A DNA stretch of 18,669 bases from Candidatus Dadabacteria bacterium (lineage in GTDB: Bacteria; Desulfobacterota_D; UBA1144; Nemesobacterales; CSP1-2): positions 1 to 18,669 of the forward strand of contig PSLL01000042.1 of NCBI GenBank assembly GCA_040289575.1, in the 5' to 3' direction. The position numbers and the translations under genes were made by a program. A model generated the notes under the pieces. The model made no database searches. It saw nothing but the letters and a program-made list of their open reading frames with translations, and was not told where the DNA came from. Below, one piece after another: positions 14,604 through 18,669 of this stretch (position 1 is its first letter; every line of letters starts with the position of its first letter).

Positions 14604-16160
14604 GTGACGCTAATGACTATATCACCAAAATTAAAACACACAAGTAAAGGGACAACCACTACTATAATTCTTGTAGTTTACTTAACCTATCTTTTCACAC
14701 TTGTTCTTAAGCCTTTCACATTCTCTTTACCTATATCGATTTCTCTAAGTGAGATGTACTACTATGATTTGGAAAACCTATCTACTAGTGTCAGTTCTTT
14801 TGTATGGAATTTTATTATAAATATATTACTTTTTATCCCACTGGGTTTTCTCCTCTGTGTTTTACCAAAGGTCTCAGAAAGAAGATGGTTTATTAAAATT
14901 ATTCTTGCTACCCTTTCGGGATTTATTCTTAGCTCTATAATCGAATTTGCTCAATTATTCCTACCACGTGATTCATCTCTAGCGGATATTATTGCAAATA
15001 CCACAGGCTCACTCATTGGGGCGTTTGGTGCGTCATTCTACTACAAAACACTAACTGGTTTAATCCGTAGATGGTGGTTTTGTGTTAAAAGAGGCAGATT
15101 TCTATCAACCCTAATTGTTATATACAGTGCCTTGCTCTTTGTATTCTCTAACTTTCCGATCCTACACACTGATTTTAGCAACTGGGATCCAAATTTCACA
15201 TTCCAGATAGGAAACGAACCAACGCTAGATAGGCCATGGCTTGGAAAGATTTACTTAGTCGCTATATATAGCGTTGCTCTCCGTCATAAAGATGTCGTCT
15301 CCAATTTTAAAGTAGGTCCTTTTCGTGACTACTCAGAGTCCAGTGATCGAGTCAATCTTGTAGCATTTTACAACTTTTATGAAGGAGCCGGAGCAATTGT
15401 TCATGATACCTCGTCTTTTGGGAAACACCTGGATCTAGCAATTCAAGATACCTCTAAGATTAAGTGGCTAACCCCCAATGGCATAGTATTTCTAGAGGGT
15501 ACAATTATTAGAAGTCAAAATCCTGCTTATAAGCTCTTCTATAGTCAGATACTGAGATACAATCGCCTTACTATCGAAGTCTGGATTGCTCCTACTGACT
15601 TAACTCAGGTATTTCACGATGGACCAGCCCCCATAGTTTCCTTTTCACGAGACACCGGTTTTCGCAACTTTACACTCGGTCAATCACAAAAGAATGTCTC
15701 TTTTCCCCTGCGTACCCCTATTTCACCATTAAATGGGATGTATATATACCTATTTACCAAAGACAATCCTTTGACAACTGATATTCAGCACTTGGTTGTT
15801 ACTTATAGAAACGGTATTGAGAAACTCTACATTAACAGTGTAGAGATTAAGTCAACTATTTTAGATGCCAGCAATAATTTATTGAACCTTGTAGGTGTAG
15901 GACTTGGAGGTAGGTGGACTTATTGTTTGCTGTTTCTCTTCCCAATTGGTTTTTTATCTTATACCGCCCTCTCAAGGAGTGTTATGGACAAAATAAAGGT
16001 GATTCCACTCTCTATTTTAACTGGATTTAGTCCTTTAACACTCATTGAAATTTTTCAGGTGCTCAAGGTTACTAGACCTTTTGATCTAAATCTTCTGTAT
16101 ATGGGACTATTCGTTATTTTCGCATCCGTACTAATAAGTTCTGCCATAGATAAGTCTTGA
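14604..16160 (+). CDS. VanZ-family membrane protein with an inserted LamG/ConA-like jellyroll domain
   Basis: VanZ motifs NILLFIPLGF and IEFAQLFLP.RDSSLADIIANTTG. Soluble LamG-like segments (LVAFYNFYEG, LTIEVWI, HLVVTY...LYIN) and C-terminal TMs resembling a second, degenerate VanZ (LFLFPIGF, IEIFQ). Start uncertain (GTG 14604 or ATG 14613). Confidence 0.78.
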   Translation: MTLMTISPKLKHTSKGTTTTIILVVYLTYLFTLVLKPFTFSLPISISLSEMYYYDLENLSTSVSSFVWNFIINILLFIPLGFLLCVLPKVSERRWFIKIILATLSGFILSSIIEFAQLFLPRDSSLADIIANTTGSLIGAFGASFYYKTLTGLIRRWWFCVKRGRFLSTLIVIYSALLFVFSNFPILHTDFSNWDPNFTFQIGNEPTLDRPWLGKIYLVAIYSVALRHKDVVSNFKVGPFRDYSESSDRVNLVAFYNFYEGAGAIVHDTSSFGKHLDLAIQDTSKIKWLTPNGIVFLEGTIIRSQNPAYKLFYSQILRYNRLTIEVWIAPTDLTQVFHDGPAPIVSFSRDTGFRNFTLGQSQKNVSFPLRTPISPLNGMYIYLFTKDNPLTTDIQHLVVTYRNGIEKLYINSVEIKSTILDASNNLLNLVGVGLGGRWTYCLLFLFPIGFLSYTALSRSVMDKIKVIPLSILTGFSPLTLIEIFQVLKVTRPFDLNLLYMGLFVIFASVLISSAIDKS

Positions 16161-16208
16161 AATTAAGAAGTCATACTAAGCAAATTATGGATTGAGACCA
16201 AGATTAAT

Positions 16209-16236
16209 TTGACAAGTAGAAAAAGGCGCCTACTAT
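16209..16236 (+). promoter_or_regulatory. Putative sigma70 promoter (distal)
   Basis: TTGACA (16209-16214), 16 nt, TACTAT (16231-16236). Confidence 0.45.
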
Positions 16237-16412
16237 GGCTGAAGGTCTCTTAGCCTTCATAGATCCCTGGGACCTAATAAAACAGCTGTTATTTTAGAGC
16301 GGATTGCCGTCTATCGAAATCAGGATAAATTTAACTGGATGGTGATAATTGACGTTCCTCTCGGGCAAGAACTACATCCTCTATTAAATTTATATATTCT
16401 AATTACCTTTAC

Positions 16413-16441
16413 TTGCATCCATTAGCATTTACGGGTATAAA
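16413..16441 (+). promoter_or_regulatory. Putative sigma70 promoter for the YncE-like gene
   Basis: TTGCAT (16413-16418), 17 nt, TATAAA (16436-16441), about 36 nt before the GTG at 16478. Confidence 0.45.
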
Positions 16442-16477
16442 ACAGGAAAAATAAAGACATTAGGGGGCAACTAAAAG

Positions 16478-17737
16478 GTGAAATATCAATTCGATTATCC
16501 ATCTTCACGGAAACTAAGATCTCACAAATATATCCGCGCTGAACTCATAAGGAAAAACCTGATAAAATTTGGTGGAATTGTCTTGTTCCTCATTCTGACC
16601 TTGGTGATATTGTGCCATGTGGGCAGTGCCTTAGCAAAGTCCGATTCTACCTCGGTGCCAGGGGTGATGACTGTGCCGGGAATGCCACCAGTAGTGGATC
16701 CAAACAATCTCTATAGCGAGGCATCTGCTGGCCGGCTCAGTCCAGCGGTTGCCGACGCACTGCAGCGCGTATACGTCCCCAACGTGCGGTCGAATGATGT
16801 TTATGTGATTGATCCGGCTACGCTCAAGGTTGTGGATCGCTTCAAGGTTGGCAAGAACCCACAGCACGTGGTTCCATCCTGGGACCTGAAGACTCTCTGG
16901 GTGGCAAACAACGCAGAGGGCCGCACAAACGGAAGCCTCACACCTATTGACCCTAAAACAGGTAAGCCGGCTCCCGCCATCGCGGTGGACGACCCATACA
17001 ACATGTATTTCACGCCGGACGGCCAATCGGCGATTGTGGTGGCTGAGGCACTCAGGCGGCTCGACTTCCGTGATCCACATACTATGGCGCTTCAGATGTC
17101 TCTCCCGACCCCGCAGTGCGCGGGCATCAACCACGCTGATTTCTCTATTGATGGACGGTACGCCATCTTCACATGCGAGTTCAATGGCGGACTGCTAAAG
17201 ATTGACCTTGTAAACCGCAAGGTGCTTGGCTACCTAAGACTCTCGAAAAGGAGCATGCCACAGGACATCCGCATCTCGCCTGATGGAAAGGTCTTTTATG
17301 TGGCCGATATGAGAGCCGACGGCGTGTTTATAGTGGATGGCAACACATTGTCCAAGGTTGGTTTCATTCCAACAGGCATCGGAACGCATGGGCTCTACCC
17401 AAGTCGAGATGGAAAGAAGCTCTATGTAGCCAATCGTGGCTCACATAAGATTCACGGGCCACCGCACGGCAAGGGCAGTGTATCTGTTATTGACTTCGCC
17501 ACGTGTAAAGTCGAGGCGACCTGGCCTATTCCGGGTGGAGGGAGTCCAGATATGGGCAATGTAAGTGCCGACGGAAAACAGCTCTGGCTCTCGGGACGCT
17601 ATGATAATGTCGTCTATGAGATCAATACCGCGACTGGCAATGTAAAGAGCATCCCTGTAGGCAAGGAGCCACACGGGCTTACTATATGGCCCCAACCGGG
17701 GCGCTACTCGCTTGGTCATACGGGCAACATGCGTTAG
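16478..17737 (+). CDS. YncE/YVTN-type beta-propeller repeat protein, exported or membrane-anchored
   Basis: Repeated blades VYVPN...VYVID, SPDGKVFYVA, SRDGKKLYVAN, SADGKQLWLS and IPVGKEPHGL. Hydrophobic N-terminal segment ending in ALA. Start codon uncertain. Confidence 0.85.
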   Translation: MKYQFDYPSSRKLRSHKYIRAELIRKNLIKFGGIVLFLILTLVILCHVGSALAKSDSTSVPGVMTVPGMPPVVDPNNLYSEASAGRLSPAVADALQRVYVPNVRSNDVYVIDPATLKVVDRFKVGKNPQHVVPSWDLKTLWVANNAEGRTNGSLTPIDPKTGKPAPAIAVDDPYNMYFTPDGQSAIVVAEALRRLDFRDPHTMALQMSLPTPQCAGINHADFSIDGRYAIFTCEFNGGLLKIDLVNRKVLGYLRLSKRSMPQDIRISPDGKVFYVADMRADGVFIVDGNTLSKVGFIPTGIGTHGLYPSRDGKKLYVANRGSHKIHGPPHGKGSVSVIDFATCKVEATWPIPGGGSPDMGNVSADGKQLWLSGRYDNVVYEINTATGNVKSIPVGKEPHGLTIWPQPGRYSLGHTGNMR

Positions 17738-17773
17738 AACGGGCGATTGTGCAGGGGACACATCCTACATTAA

Positions 17774-18669
17774 TTAACCGGATTTGATATTATTCATTAA
17801 TTGAATCGGTATTAAGACTCTATCCGGGTTTTGCAGTGATAGGTTTTTCAAGACAGGCAGCTCAATTATAAAGGTGGCTCCATTGCCCTCTTTGCTCAAA
17901 GCATATATATCTCCACCGTGATCCTTTATAATTCCGTATGAAATTGAAAGTCCCAGACCCGTGCCTTTGCCTATGGGTTTTGTAGTAAAAAAAGGATCAA
18001 ATATCCTACCCAAAATCTCATTACGGATTCCGGGACCGTTATCAACAAAAGAAATCTCTACAACGCCCTCCTCCTTAAGCCGGGTCTTTACCTTTAGCCA
18101 ACCCCCTTTCTCAGTATCGGCTATAGCCTGCTTGGCATTAAGTATTATGTTTGTAAAAACCTGCTGGATTTGATTCGGGTCTGCTACTATTCTAAGAGAC
18201 TCGGGAGAGAGGTCTTTAATTACCTCTATATTGCCGAGCCTCAAATCGTCATCCATAAGCTCAAGCGTTTTTTCTATGAGATGATTAATATCCACATGCG
18301 CCCTTTCAGGTTTACGCTCCTGTGAGAATGAAAGCAGATTTTCGACTATCCTCTTCAGCCTCTCCGCCGACCTATATATTATTTCAATAGCATTCTGCCT
18401 TCGCTCTGAATCCACATTAGGCTTCTCTAAGAGTAGACGCGAATAACCCAAAATCGGAGTAAGGGGATTATTAAACTCATGGGCTATACTAGAGACAAGC
18501 TGTCTGAGGGAGGCTAATTTCTCTGATTGTATCAAACGATCCTGAGCACTCCTCAGGTTTTCATATAAAGCTCTTAGTTCCTGTGTCTGCTGTCCCATTT
18601 CTTCAAATATCTTTATCCTTGATATAGACGCCCCAATCTGGTTACCAAAAGATAATAGAAGATCCAACT
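17774..18669 (-). CDS. Sensor histidine kinase, NtrB-like (5' part lies outside the window; probably GAF-HisKA-HATPase)
   Basis: H box IAHEFNNPL, N box QVFTNIILNA, G1 DNGPGI, F box IFDPFFTTK and G2 GTGLGLSISYGII. Preceded by a GAF-terminal-like helix LLLSFGNQIGASI and a coiled coil ending LIQSEKLASL. Confidence 0.92.
   Translation of the reverse strand, partial: LDLLLSFGNQIGASISRIKIFEEMGQQTQELRALYENLRSAQDRLIQSEKLASLRQLVSSIAHEFNNPLTPILGYSRLLLEKPNVDSERRQNAIEIIYRSAERLKRIVENLLSFSQERKPERAHVDINHLIEKTLELMDDDLRLGNIEVIKDLSPESLRIVADPNQIQQVFTNIILNAKQAIADTEKGGWLKVKTRLKEEGVVEISFVDNGPGIRNEILGRIFDPFFTTKPIGKGTGLGLSISYGIIKDHGGDIYALSKEGNGATFIIELPVLKNLSLQNPDRVLIPIQLMNNIKSG

Noticed and set aside
16235..16297. 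20-codon ORF MAEGLLAFIDPWDLIKQLLF
   Set aside because: Its ATG overlaps the predicted -10 box, the SD is weak, and nothing else supports it.
17774..17850. Kinase as a pseudogene or a hybrid kinase with a lost receiver domain (tail DRVLI; ASLRQL instead of the usual ASLGQL)
   Set aside because: All catalytic boxes are intact and I saw no acidic receiver motif after RVLI. A single substitution is not enough evidence.
1..18669. CRISPR array, tRNA/rRNA, IS element, integrase or prophage
   Set aside because: No regularly spaced repeats, cloverleaf or rRNA-like segments, or mobility genes were seen. Nearly all the sequence is explained by the listed CDSs.

Overview
About 18.7 kb of chromosome from a diderm (TolC-encoding) bacterium, roughly 40% GC by eye, with strong GGAGG Shine-Dalgarno (SD) sites and sigma70-like promoters. 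From left to right: a stress/housekeeping block (dps, SDH-family ClpP-class serine protease, Hsp20, prmA, mtnA, a dksA/traR-family gene with a Lys-rich N-terminal tail, a small cupin); a minus-strand Cu(I)/Ag(I)-type tripartite efflux operon (TolC/CusC-like, CusB-like fused to a YtkA-like Met-rich domain, CusA); a HAD hydrolase; a PCYCGC-family protein with TlpA/CcmG and CcmH thiol-redox genes; a VanZ-LamG membrane protein; a higher-GC YncE-like beta-propeller; and the 3' part of a histidine kinase. The best candidate for an undescribed system is the region in front of the efflux operon. No metal-sensing transcription factor is adjacent. Instead there is a promoter, a 130-aa signal-peptide ORF with Cys/His/Met motifs and a C-terminal RPP, an intrinsic-terminator-like hairpin, a 13-codon mini-ORF and a perfect 12-bp hairpin abutting the tolC SD. 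This resembles metal-sensing ribosome-arrest leader (CruR/CutF-like) control. Other points are an apparent CcmH-like C-terminal motif in the PCYCGC protein, a circularly permuted LamG domain, anti-SD hairpins in the dksA and dps leaders, and two degenerate REP-like palindromes. I saw no rRNA, tRNA, CRISPR array, transposase or integrase. All family calls come from motif recognition, not from database searches.
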